Positions 51,830-61,600 of a stretch of DNA of 64,000 nt are shown here, in pieces; within the stretch, counting starts at the first letter, position 1; each line of letters starts with the position of its first letter. Both the position numbers and the translations under genes were made by a program. The DNA is from Paludibacteraceae bacterium (GTDB lineage Bacteria > Bacteroidota > Bacteroidia > Bacteroidales > Paludibacteraceae), in assembly GCA_045599545.1 (NCBI GenBank), contig JAZRWG010000015.1:335-64334 (forward strand), given 5' to 3'. The notes under the pieces are model-generated. The model did not search any database and was not told the DNA's origin. It worked only from the letters and a program-made list of their open reading frames with translations.

Positions 51830-52923
51830 AAGGGCGCATATATGGTTTAGTGATGCTACTCGCGATGAGTCTTAGCGTTCAGGCACAGTTCACAGGAACG
51901 GGGTCGAGTGCCTTCACGTTCCTCTCGCTGCCCTATTCAGCGCGTATCAACGCCTTGGGAGGCTCGAACGTGAGCGCACGGGGCGGTGATGTATCGCTGG
52001 CTATGTGCAACCCGGCACTATTAGGGGAGATGACGGATAAGCAGTTGGAACTCAACTTTACCTATTTCATGCCGGGAACGATGTTTGGAAGTGCGCTGTA
52101 TAGTCATAATTTCGGTCGGAGTAAGATAGAGAAACCCTATACCGGAGAGGGCGAACCCGACAAGCCGAATTACTTTGCCGTAGGGGTGCATTATTACGAT
52201 TACGGCAAGATGACCTATGCGGATGAGACGGGTCAGAGTTATGGTACGTTTACGGCCAAGGACATCTTGATTGATGCTATCTATGCTCGGCCGTTGGATG
52301 AGCACTTCACGGTGGGTGTCTCGCTCAAACCCATCATTTCTATTTATGAGCGGTATAACTCATTCGCTCTGGGTGCCGATGTGGGAGCGCATTATCAGAT
52401 GCGGGATACCTCGCTGCAGATAGGATTGACGTTACAGAACATAGGTTATCAACTCCGCGGATTCTACTCCAAGGAGGGTGGACGTAAGTTAGAGATGCTG
52501 CCCCTCAACCTGCAGTTAGGGTTGAGTTATCGGTTTAGTCACGCTCCGCTGCGCCTGAGTATGACCATTCATAACATGCAGCGATGGAACCTCAATTATG
52601 AGTACACCAACGTACCCGTGGATGCGTATACGGGAGAAGCGCAATCGACCAAGGTGCAGTGGTATGATATGATGTTTAGGCACACCATCTTTGCGGTGGA
52701 TATCGTGCCTCGTTCGAATCGTTTCTACCTCACATTCAGTTATAACCACCGCCGTCGGGCGGAGTTAGCGTTAGCGGACCAGCGTTCGTTTGCCGGATTT
52801 GCGATTGGCGGTGGGATTCGGATTTACAAGTTCAGTGTGAACTTCACCTTCTCGCAACTCACCAAATCAAACTACACCTACCAAGTGGGGCTGAGTTTGG
52901 ACATCAATAGCATGCTTAAATGA
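51823..52923 (+). CDS. porQ: T9SS outer-membrane protein PorQ-like
   Basis: Signal peptide, then GTGSSAFTFLSLPYSARINALGGSNVS, beta-barrel strands, and a position next to cmk. Call is from memory of PorQ N-termini. Confidence 0.6.
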   Translation: MVKGRIYGLVMLLAMSLSVQAQFTGTGSSAFTFLSLPYSARINALGGSNVSARGGDVSLAMCNPALLGEMTDKQLELNFTYFMPGTMFGSALYSHNFGRSKIEKPYTGEGEPDKPNYFAVGVHYYDYGKMTYADETGQSYGTFTAKDILIDAIYARPLDEHFTVGVSLKPIISIYERYNSFALGADVGAHYQMRDTSLQIGLTLQNIGYQLRGFYSKEGGRKLEMLPLNLQLGLSYRFSHAPLRLSMTIHNMQRWNLNYEYTNVPVDAYTGEAQSTKVQWYDMMFRHTIFAVDIVPRSNRFYLTFSYNHRRRAELALADQRSFAGFAIGGGIRIYKFSVNFTFSQLTKSNYTYQVGLSLDINSMLK

Positions 52924-53579
52924 AAAAGATAATTGTAGCCATAGATGGTTATTCGTCCTGCGGGAAATCGACCATAGCCAAGCAACTGGCCAAGTACGCG
53001 GGATACACGTATGTGGATACGGGTGCTATGTACCGCGCGATAGGGCTTTATGCTCTGGAGAATCATATAGAAGACCTGGACATCCTAGATTCCCTTGACT
53101 ATCTGGAAAAACACATCTGCCTCACGTATGCGCCCGATCTCTGTCTTAATGGCGAACCGGTGGAGGCTAAGATTCGCTCGTTAGAGGTAGGGAACATGGC
53201 TTCTAAGGTCAGTCCTATCCCGGCGGTTAGGCAGTTTTTGGTCAAGCAGCAGCAAGCCATGGGCGAGCAGAAAGGCATTGTGATGGACGGTCGGGATATA
53301 GGTACCGTCGTTTTCCCGAATGCGGATCTCAAGCTCTTCCTCACCGCCTCCCCCGAGGTACGTGCCGAGCGTCGATTTAAGGAACTACAGGCTAAGGGTG
53401 AACAACCCGTTTTTGAAGAGGTATTGAAAGATGTCAATGAGCGCGATTATCGGGATACACACCGAGCCATCAGTCCGTTGCGTCAAGCACAGGATGCTAT
53501 TGTGGTGGATAACTCGAATATGACTCGCGAACAACAAATGGAGGCAATCTATGCCATCTTTGATCGTCACAATCGATAA
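52920..53579 (+). CDS. cmk: (d)CMP kinase
   Basis: IIVAIDGYSSCGKSTIAKQLA...DTGAMYRA. Confidence 0.92.
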   Translation: MKKIIVAIDGYSSCGKSTIAKQLAKYAGYTYVDTGAMYRAIGLYALENHIEDLDILDSLDYLEKHICLTYAPDLCLNGEPVEAKIRSLEVGNMASKVSPIPAVRQFLVKQQQAMGEQKGIVMDGRDIGTVVFPNADLKLFLTASPEVRAERRFKELQAKGEQPVFEEVLKDVNERDYRDTHRAISPLRQAQDAIVVDNSNMTREQQMEAIYAIFDRHNR

Positions 53580-54465
53580 AACGGCCGGTTTCTGCTTTGG
53601 AGTCACCGGAGCGATACGCAAGGCGGAGGAGGAACTCAAAAACGGGTCTCTTTACTGCTTAGGGGATATTGTGCATAACGGTCAAGAGGTAGAGCGACTG
53701 AGTCAGTTGGGGCTTGTCACGATTGACGGCGGGCAGTACAAGGCACTGCATAACGCGCGGGTGCTGTTACGGGCACACGGCGAACCGCCTCAGACGTACG
53801 AAACGGCCAAGCGCAATGGGATTGAGATTATTGACGCTTCCTGTCCCGTGGTGCTGAACTTGCAGAAGCGGATTCGCGAGACGTATGAGAAGACACGCTT
53901 GGATAACGGACAGATACTTATTTTTGGTAAACCGGGTCACGCAGAGGTGATTGGGTTGCAAGGTCAGACGCACAACACGGCGATAGTGATAGAGAACGAG
54001 AAGGACCTCAATAAGGTGGATTTCTCGCGTCCTATCTATCTCTTCTCGCAAACGACCATGTCCATTGAGGCATTTCAGTCCATCAGCGAAGCGGTCCTAC
54101 AGCGCAGCGGTCTTGTTAATATATATGACACCATCTGTCGCAACGTAGCCAATCGGGTGGATTCGATTCGTCAGTTTGCGCAGGGGCAGGATATTGTGTT
54201 GTTTGTAGGAGGCAAGAAGAGTTCGAATGCCAAGGTGCTCTTTGAGCACTGTAAGGCTGCCAATCCCAACTCCTATTTCATCGAAAGTCCGGAGGATCTT
54301 AACGCTTTAAACTTTCAAACTACTTTAAACTTTAAACTTTCAAATAATCGTGCCCCTTTGGGGCTAAGAACTTTAAACTTTAGAGTAGGAATAACGGGTG
54401 CCACCTCCACCCCTCTTTGGCTCATGGAACAAGTCAAGGAGGCCCTTCTTAACTATCAACTTTAA
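53551..54465 (+). CDS. ispH: 4-hydroxy-3-methylbut-2-enyl diphosphate reductase
   Basis: GFCFGV, GDIVHN and GITGATSTP motifs. A repeat-derived segment of about 26 aa (LNFQTTLNFKLSNNRAPLGLRTLNFR) lies just before the last conserved motif. Confidence 0.9.
   Translation: MPSLIVTIDKTAGFCFGVTGAIRKAEEELKNGSLYCLGDIVHNGQEVERLSQLGLVTIDGGQYKALHNARVLLRAHGEPPQTYETAKRNGIEIIDASCPVVLNLQKRIRETYEKTRLDNGQILIFGKPGHAEVIGLQGQTHNTAIVIENEKDLNKVDFSRPIYLFSQTTMSIEAFQSISEAVLQRSGLVNIYDTICRNVANRVDSIRQFAQGQDIVLFVGGKKSSNAKVLFEHCKAANPNSYFIESPEDLNALNFQTTLNFKLSNNRAPLGLRTLNFRVGITGATSTPLWLMEQVKEALLNYQL
54305..54383. repeat. heptamer arrays (AAACTTT family) inside ispH
   Basis: They encode LNALNFQTTLNFKLSNN…LRTLNFR. Confidence 0.85.
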
Positions 54466-54510
54466 AACTTAAAAACTTCTATAAACTTTAAACTATAAAC
54501 TTTAAACTTT
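54451..54510. repeat. heptamer array (AAACTTT / AAACTAT) across the ispH stop and up to the pfkA ATG
   Basis: aactatcaactttaaaacttaaaaacttctataaactttaaactataaactttaaacttt, then ATG. Confidence 0.85.
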
Positions 54511-55485
54511 ATGATAAAGGTCGTCGGCGTCTTAACTTCCGGAGGTGACGCACCGGGCATGAATGCAGCCGTTCGCGCGGTCACGCGCGCTGCCATTAGT
54601 AATGGAATCGTTGTTAAGGCGATTTACCGTGGTTATAAAGGATTGATTGACGGGGAAGTAAAGACTTTCACCACGCAGGACGTGAGTGGTATCATCCCGC
54701 ACGGGGGAACGATCTTGAAGTCGGCTCGCTGTGAGGAGTTCCGAACGGTAGAGGGTCGTCAGCAGGCGTATGATACCATTCAGCGCGAGAACATCGATGC
54801 ACTCATTGTGATTGGTGGAGACGGAACCTTCACGGGCGGACGCATGTTAGCGCAGGAGCATCATGTTCCCGTTATCGGTATTCCCGCCACGATTGATAAT
54901 GACTTATGGGGCACGGATGCCACCATTGGATATGATACGGCACTCAATACGATTGTGCACTGCGTGGATATCTTGCGCGACACGGCAACCAGTCACGAGC
55001 GCGTGTTCCTGGTAGAGGTCATGGGTCGGGATGCCGGATTCTTAACGCTCAATGCGGCTATTGCCGCGGGCGCGGAGGCGGCTATTATTCCCGAACGGGC
55101 TACGGTTCCCGAGCAGATAGAAGCAGCCATTGGTCAGGGTCGTCGTAAGTCCAAGAACTCGTCCATTGTACTGGTGCAAGAGCACGCTATTGAGGGCGGT
55201 GCGCAGGCGGTTGCCAAGTTGATTGAGAAGGCGCATCCGGAGTACAGTCCGCGGGTAACGATCTTGGGTCACTTGCAGCGGGGTGGTTCGCCCACGGCTT
55301 TTGACCGTATCTTAGCTTCCCGTATGGGAGTGATGGCGGTGCAAGCACTGCTGGATGATCAGCAGAACGTGATGGTAGGTTTGCACGAGGATGAGATTCA
55401 GTATGTTCCCCTTAGTAAAGCCATTCAGATTAAGAAGGATGTGAAGGAAGATAAGTGGAACGCGATGAACGTGCTCTCGATCTAA
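54511..55485 (+). CDS. pfkA: ATP-dependent 6-phosphofructokinase
   Basis: [23 protein letters not shown] and PATIDND motifs. Confidence 0.93.
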   Translation: MIKVVGVLTSGGDAPGMNAAVRAVTRAAISNGIVVKAIYRGYKGLIDGEVKTFTTQDVSGIIPHGGTILKSARCEEFRTVEGRQQAYDTIQRENIDALIVIGGDGTFTGGRMLAQEHHVPVIGIPATIDNDLWGTDATIGYDTALNTIVHCVDILRDTATSHERVFLVEVMGRDAGFLTLNAAIAAGAEAAIIPERATVPEQIEAAIGQGRRKSKNSSIVLVQEHAIEGGAQAVAKLIEKAHPEYSPRVTILGHLQRGGSPTAFDRILASRMGVMAVQALLDDQQNVMVGLHEDEIQYVPLSKAIQIKKDVKEDKWNAMNVLSI

Positions 55486-55531
55486 CCAAGTGCAAAAAAA
55501 ACACTTTTTTTGCATAAAAGTACAAAAAATA

Positions 55532-55563
55532 TTTGGTTATATCAAAAAAAAAACGTACCTTTG
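55532..55563 (+). promoter_or_regulatory. Bacteroides-type promoter (TTTG-20 nt-TACCTTTG)
   Basis: -33 at 55532-55535, -7 at 55556-55563. It drives 55616..56776. Confidence 0.75.
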
Positions 55564-55615
55564 CAAATCGAAAATCTGATTTTCTAATTGCATATTTTAA
55601 TATAACCAACTTATT

Positions 55616-56776
55616 ATGAGCGATTTAATACGAAGAAATGGTGAGAAAACGGTAGAAAAATACCTTACTATTTTCCCCGCCGTAGTACTTTTAGGTTCGC
55701 GTCAGTGTGGTAAATCCACTTTGATGAAGATGTTTATGGAGCATCATCCGGATGTATTATATTTAGATTTGCAAAATAGGAGCAACCTAAGTAAAATACA
55801 GGATCCGTCGATGTTTTTCTTAGCGAATGCCAACCGCACCATTTGTTTAGACGAGATACAATTAGTTCCCGAACTCTTTGACTATTTACGGAGTGAGATA
55901 GATCGAGATCGTCGTCCGGGGCGCTTTGTTATTTTAGGTTCTGCCTCTGCTAATTTAATTCAGCGAACCTCAGAGACCTTAGCCGGACGCGTAGGCATAG
56001 TAGATATGTCACCCTTTGCTATATCGGAGATAGATATGCAATCGTTTTATTCTTTATCCTCCTATTGGTTTCGTGGAGGATATCCGGATGCTTATTTGGC
56101 AGCTACGGATGAGAATTGTTGTATTTGGCGAGAGAATTTTATTCGCACTTATTTGGAGCGTGATATTCCGCAGTTAGGGTTTAATATCGCCGCCCCTAAG
56201 ATGATGCGTTTGCTTACCTTATTGGCGCATAGCCATGGGGAGTTGTTGAATAGTGCCAATTTAGCCAACATTATGGATGTTTCCGCGCCCACCATTCGGC
56301 ATTATATTGACATTATGGAATCGTCCTATATCGTACGAACCCTTCCTCCTTACTTTACCAATATCCGTAAACGGTTAACGAAAACGCCACGCCTATATCT
56401 TCGTGATTGTGGTTTATTGCACCAATTACTTGGAATTTTTGATTATAACTCTTTGTTAGGACATCCGGTGATTGGTCATTCATGGGAAGGATTGGTATTA
56501 GAGAATGTTTGCGCAGTAGCGCATAATGCACAAATTAGTTTTTATCGAACGGCCACGGGCAGCGAAGAGATGGATATTGTGGTTCAGTATCCTCATAAGA
56601 CGATTGCCATTGAATGTAAGTCCGGCACTTCGCCCCAACTCTCGGACGGATTTTGGAAAGCAATAGAGACTCTTCATCCGGATGAAACCTATGTAGTTTG
56701 CCCTATTCAAGACTTCTATCCCTTACGCGACCATGTTCATATCATTGGCTTGGAAGAGTTAGTTACTAAGTTATAG
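55616..56776 (+). CDS. AAA+ ATPase with DUF4143 C-terminal domain
   Basis: 386 aa. Walker A GSRQCGKST and Walker B CLDEIQ. The C-terminal EMDIVVQ...IAIECKSG is a nuclease-fold-like motif. Confidence 0.85.
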   Translation: MSDLIRRNGEKTVEKYLTIFPAVVLLGSRQCGKSTLMKMFMEHHPDVLYLDLQNRSNLSKIQDPSMFFLANANRTICLDEIQLVPELFDYLRSEIDRDRRPGRFVILGSASANLIQRTSETLAGRVGIVDMSPFAISEIDMQSFYSLSSYWFRGGYPDAYLAATDENCCIWRENFIRTYLERDIPQLGFNIAAPKMMRLLTLLAHSHGELLNSANLANIMDVSAPTIRHYIDIMESSYIVRTLPPYFTNIRKRLTKTPRLYLRDCGLLHQLLGIFDYNSLLGHPVIGHSWEGLVLENVCAVAHNAQISFYRTATGSEEMDIVVQYPHKTIAIECKSGTSPQLSDGFWKAIETLHPDETYVVCPIQDFYPLRDHVHIIGLEELVTKL

Positions 56777-56805
56777 TATGCAGTGCCCAAAAAGTTGGAC
56801 TTTCA

Positions 56806-57366
56806 CTAATACAAGAGTCCAAATGCCCACAAGGGTATTTTATTTCCCATGGTGGACTCAATATTATCTGCGGCAATGAAACTATTCTCTATGGTTGCAA
56901 TTTGCTTGCCTTCCTTATTTTTTCCGCCAACCTCAATCGTCCAACGATTATCTACCAACAAATCTCCATGAGAGGAATATTCTACCCGATGTTTTGTCAG
57001 TAGTTGTCCTACCAAGAAGGTTTCTCTCAAGGTTCCCGTATTGACTTGATTTAGGGACAAAGCATACATCAGATTCGGATTCTCCAAGTAAATCTTCTCC
57101 GGTTTTTGAATTTTCTTCAAACTACCCTCATCAGCGTAAAGAAGATTTAACAATTTAGCTCGCTGTAAATATTGGAAATACCCCCGCAATGTTGCTCGTG
57201 ATACTTCGATGGATTTACTCAGTTTGCTAATATCGACTTGCATGGGAACATTATCCGCCAAGAGGGATAATAGTGTCTCTAACTTTCGAATAGAACTCAC
57301 TTCAACCTTACACAACTGAGGCAATTCTTCGTTTAGAATAACATGTACCACATTCTCCACTCGCAA
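56806..57366 (-). pseudogene. 5'-truncated copy of the 3687/6512-type ATPase gene (C-terminal DUF4143-like half only)
   Basis: Aligns to residues from about 213 to the end of the full-length paralogs (…QKPEKIYLENPNLMYAL…IPLWAFGLLY). There is no Walker region and only a TTG start. Residual homology continues about 30 nt upstream of the ORF. Confidence 0.65.
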
Positions 57367-57461
57367 TGGATAGGAAAGGCGATCCTCTAAAAAGATAATT
57401 TGGCAAACAGATTTACCACATTTTACACAAAACTGGCAAATGCATTTTCCAAATTCAACTG

Positions 57462-57493
57462 CAAAGATACGATATTTTTTTTAATTATGCAAA
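57462..57493 (-). promoter_or_regulatory. Bacteroides-type promoter (TTTG-20 nt-TATCTTTG) facing the truncated ATPase fragment
   Basis: -7 box at 57462-57469, -33 at 57490-57493. Confidence 0.65.
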
Positions 57494-57555
57494 TCGTAAT
57501 TTAATTTACATAATGCCGTTTTGACACTAAAAAACGCGTTCCATGCATACAAAAA

Positions 57556-57628
57556 TGAGCCCCGTGCATACACACGAGGCTCGGTTTTGTTAGCTTTAGT
57601 AGTTAGTTTTAGTTTTGGGGCTGATAGG
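57556..57628. repeat. direct repeat copy A (73-nt core) containing a terminator-like hairpin
   Basis: tgagccccgtgcatacacacgaggctcggttttgttagctttagtagttagttttagttttggggctgatagg, about 70/73 identical to 58516-58588. The hairpin is GAGCC-CGTG / CACG-GGCTC at 57557-57582, with T-rich runs on both strands. Confidence 0.85.
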
Positions 57629-57630
57629 AT

Positions 57631-57674
57631 CCTTTCCGCCTTTCAGCCTCTCTGCCCTTCCGCCTCTCCGCTCC
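57631..57674. repeat. octamer array (CCTTTCCG family, pyrimidine strand up)
   Basis: cctttccgcctttcagcctctctgcccttccgcctctccgctcc, between repeat copy A and the NYN gene stop. Confidence 0.85.
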
Positions 57675-57704
57675 AGTGGCTATAGATTTGGACGCCATCT
57701 TGTT

Positions 57705-58346
57705 TTATTCATATTCGATTTGAAACTTTTTCCACTTTGCAGGGATGTGCAAATCGTAATTTGGCATCTTGAGATGAACGATATCCGGCAATAAGCATTT
57801 CTTAAATCGAGATTCATATCGATTCAAATCAATAGCCTTGCCACATAGGGTTCTTAAATTGCTTGATTGTTGAAATGGTGGAAAATATACATAAACAGGG
57901 AGTCCTTCTTCTTGGGCTATTTCTACTGCCGGTACCATATCGCTATCTGCGGAAACAATAATAGCAACATCGCAATTATGTCTAAAGGCATCTGCTACTA
58001 TTTGTGTCGCAATTCGAACATCAGATTCTTTTTCTTCATGAGTATATATAACCCGACCACAACCAAAGCATTTAAATTCCTTTCTTAAATATTTTCCAAG
58101 AATAAGGTTAAATTTAGGATTTTCTTTGTTTGCTTGAAAAAAGGCATTTTGGTTACGACTTTTGTCAATGTCATCAGGCTTCGCGGAAAAGTACTTTACT
58201 GCAATTAAATCTTGATTGGGCTTCATAAACATCTCAAAGAATTTAACGATGTCTACCCAATAATACTTTTTCCAAACCATGTTTTTACGTAGACCATAGT
58301 AAAAGTTATAGCCATCTACGTACACAATCACTCGTTGTTTTTCCAT
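57705..58346 (-). CDS. NYN-domain (LabA/PIN-like) protein
   Basis: 213 aa. VIVYVDGYNFYYGL and AIIVSADSDMVPAVE acidic motifs of NYN/LabA nucleases, and a CFGCG mini zinc-ribbon-like insert. AT-rich relative to the flanks. Confidence 0.75.
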   Translation of the reverse strand: MEKQRVIVYVDGYNFYYGLRKNMVWKKYYWVDIVKFFEMFMKPNQDLIAVKYFSAKPDDIDKSRNQNAFFQANKENPKFNLILGKYLRKEFKCFGCGRVIYTHEEKESDVRIATQIVADAFRHNCDVAIIVSADSDMVPAVEIAQEEGLPVYVYFPPFQQSSNLRTLCGKAIDLNRYESRFKKCLLPDIVHLKMPNYDLHIPAKWKKFQIEYE

Positions 58347-58366
58347 ATGCCAAACATTAAAAATAA

Positions 58367-58411
58367 GCCACCTCTTTCAAGGTGGCAAGCCGTAGTATTT
58401 TCCACCTACGG
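58367..58411 (-). promoter_or_regulatory. structured leader: hairpin plus terminator-like hairpin between the promoter and the NYN start codon
   Basis: On the minus strand, CCGTAG-10 nt-CTACGG (58390-58411) is followed by GCCACC-8 nt-GGTGGC (58367-58386) and TTATTTTT. The GGTGG in the first loop could pair with CCACC of the second stem. Confidence 0.35.
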
Positions 58412-58426
58412 GGGATAAATCGGGTG

Positions 58427-58458
58427 CAAAGGTACAACTTTTTTTTGATATGTGCAAA
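58427..58458 (-). promoter_or_regulatory. Bacteroides-type promoter (TTTG-20 nt-TACCTTTG) for the NYN gene
   Basis: -7 box at 58427-58434, -33 at 58455-58458. Confidence 0.75.
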
Positions 58459-58515
58459 TATTTCTGCAAAAAAAATATATTTTTCTACAAAATCATCAAA
58501 ACTTGACACTAAAAC

Positions 58516-58588
58516 TGAGCCCCGTGCAGACACACGAGGCTCGGTTTTGTTAGCTTTAGTAGTTAGTTTTAGTTTTTAGGCTGATAGG
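58516..58588. repeat. direct repeat copy B (see 57556-57628)
   Basis: Same 73-nt core and hairpin (58517-58542). The shorter shared block ttgacactaaaa is also present upstream of both copies (57521 and 58503). Confidence 0.85.
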
Positions 58589-58650
58589 CGGAAAGGAGGA
58601 TAGGCGGAGAGGGAATCCCTACTCCCCTACTCCTCTACTCCCCTACTCCC
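58587..58650. repeat. two abutting octamer arrays (GGCGGAAAGG family, then CCCTACTC family)
   Basis: 58587-58613 is purine-rich. 58617-58650 is ccctactcccctactcctctactcccctactccc, ending 4 nt from the stop of the giant gene. Confidence 0.85.
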
Positions 58651-58654
58651 AACG

Positions 58655-61600
58655 TTACCGCAGCTCTGCTCCGGTAGCGTTATACACGCGTCCGGCATTG
58701 ATGAGGTAGATATTGCCGTTGAAGAGCAACTTCTGGGTCTTATCCATCGGCAGGTTGTATTGCTCCATCTTACCATCGAAGGAAGTCGGCGCATCAGCAC
58801 CTTTCTGCTTGAGTTGCAAGAAGAAGCGGTCCTTATACTCACCCTTTTCGAGCGTAATGGTAGCGGACATCAAATCAAGCGGTGTGATCGTTTGCTCAAA
58901 GGCATCGAACAACTTAACCTCCAGGCCTTCAAGGCTCTGCTTGAGAGCAATGTCGTAGGTGCCGTTAGCCGTTACCTTTACATTCAGCGGAACGAGTTCG
59001 GTGTTGAGTGGCAACGTGTTACCGGCATAGAGTACATTTTCGCTGATAGAGGCTATTTGAGCAGCGTTTTCGGTAATTTTGGTCATATCTTGACTAAAGT
59101 CAAATCCGGCAGTACTCTTCTCGTCCAATTTAACGAATGTGCGGTCAAGTTGCTCATTGTTCTGCATCAATTCGATAGTCAATGTTCCTCCCTTGAAGTT
59201 AGAATCCTCAACATAGTGAGCAGCAACGGTTGCCGGAGTAGTTTGCGTATAAGGCACCCACGTGATGGTTCCCTCATACTGAACCATATAACTATGGAAG
59301 GACTGATAATTAAACTCCTTACCATCGTGAGGCTCATACTTATGCCCCTTTTCGTTATTTACGTTATAGGTATACAAGAAGTTCGGGAACTTGGTCTGCT
59401 CGCCATAAGGTTGATCCTCAACAACAGACTGTGCTTTAATATTATTATAACTCTTCGGACCGATAACGCGCCAGTTACTATCATAAGCCTCGCGGTCTTC
59501 CGGAGTCTTAATGGTACACCTCATGGATTCGCATGTAAACTTACTATGAGCCTCATCCACAGTATTAGTCATCTCAAATCCGGCATATAAGGACGGGAAG
59601 TAGAGACGTTTCAAGGCTTTATTAGACCCGTCTTTGGCTTTAATCGTTGGCCAGTCTTTAATGGACGACCTCTCAAAGAAGAGGACATAACCTTCACCGG
59701 CATACATCGTTTCGTTTTCATACATCCACTCCCAGAAGCCTTCGGTTTCTTGGAACCAACCCTTCTGAGCACGGAGGTCACCACGATAACGCATGATACC
59801 CCAAGTACCATCTAGAGCAATACGATTTTCGTCTAAGGTGATATAACCTTCCACACCGAAGATATCACTGATTTGGCAATCGAACGGCAAAGAAATCCAG
59901 TATTGTGAATAGGAGGTCTTATCCGTTGATCCATCAATTTCCATGACAAACATCACGTGCTGCAAACTGGATATCTTGTAAGACTCTGTGCCTCCATCCT
60001 TAATTCCAACTTGAACTTGCTGTACATCGTCATCCTCTGTACGGATAAAGAGTACGTCCGAGTTAATGGACATATCACTATTGTATGTGCCCGCAGTCGG
60101 TTCCCAAGAGGAGATTAGACGGTTCCTCTTGAAGTCGTACGAGATACGGATAGCATAAGCAGATTCGCCGGTTGTAGAACCTTTACCTAAAACGGTTAAT
60201 TGGTTGGGTGAATCTTTCTTTTCCTCACCGGTTTGGTCATCAATCTCATAACCGAGCAAGTGAGAAGTTTGTCCGTTGAATACGCTCTTTAGGGTTACTT
60301 TAGATTCACTTTCTGCATCAGCCACTTTGACATATACCACTTTCTCATAAACCCAGTCACTATTATCCGCAAACTTACTTAAATTGAGAGATTGGGCTTC
60401 GTTAAGCGGTTGCGTTGCGTCAGCATCTGCATACACGTTGTTACCATATACATTCAAGAAGTCGTTGCTATTGGAAGCACCTAAGATAGCGCGTTTGAAG
60501 GCATTGGTCGTAGGCTCGTAACTGAAACGAACATTTCCTGCGGCAACGGTTCCGTCGGATTGTGTGAGAGCGTCTGCTCCGATGGTCAAGCTGAGGTTGC
60601 TATTGTACTCATTAGCCACCTTAGCAATCACATTCTTATCCGTGCAGTTGCCCGAATAAACCGTCCAATAGTAACTATAATCCTCTGCGGTATTAGCACG
60701 AGGAGTGAACTTATGCATCTTCGTGTTATCATCCAACTCACTTCCGCTTACACCTGCGATGACATAGTAGTCGCCCTCATATAATTTGGGAGTAGTGATA
60801 TCATCGCTACCGAGGTCTGCCACATAAATGCCTGCTTGGCTAAAGCCTGTCAATGTCTTAACAACCGCACCGTCCTTGAGTAAACGAACGGTACCGCCCT
60901 TATAGGTTACATCGCCATCTTGAGGAGCAAAGAATGAGAACGTCTTGCTTGTGGATTCCGTTGTAACGATATTGGACAAATAGGTGTTACCATTCTTCAT
61001 GGAAATCTCGATCTGGTAAGCACCTGATTCGCAAAGACCGGTTCCCGGTGTAGCAACACGATATGCGTCGGAAGCAGAGTTATAACCAATGGTATAACAC
61101 ATATCAACTTTCGTTTGCATATTATCGGTTTGGCGCCATTTAGCATCATTGCCACCCAACATATTTATATTTTCGCCATACCAGAAGAGGAAATTGATAT
61201 TACCTTCACCATCTACAATCTTCGGGATAGTAACAGAGTAAATACCACTTTCGCTATTGTAAGTCATAGAAGCATCTTGTGCCTTGTCGCCATCGGTTGA
61301 CCAGAAGTGTACATGAACGAGGTCGGTCTTCGTCCAAGATTGCTCTGTTGTTTCCGTCTTCGCTTGCAAGGTAATACCGGTAGCCACATTCACTTTCAAG
61401 TTCTTGGTAACAGAATAATCAGTATTCTTATTGCGATAAGTAACAATTACATTATCCGTTCCTTCCGAATTACCTAAAACGATAAGGTTCGTTCCGCTCT
61501 GTGTGAATTGTGCATGGCTATTTCCGGTAACGGAGATTTCTAAATCGTCCAAAGTCATACCTTCGCGGAGAGTAACCGTCGGAGTAATCTTATATTGGCG

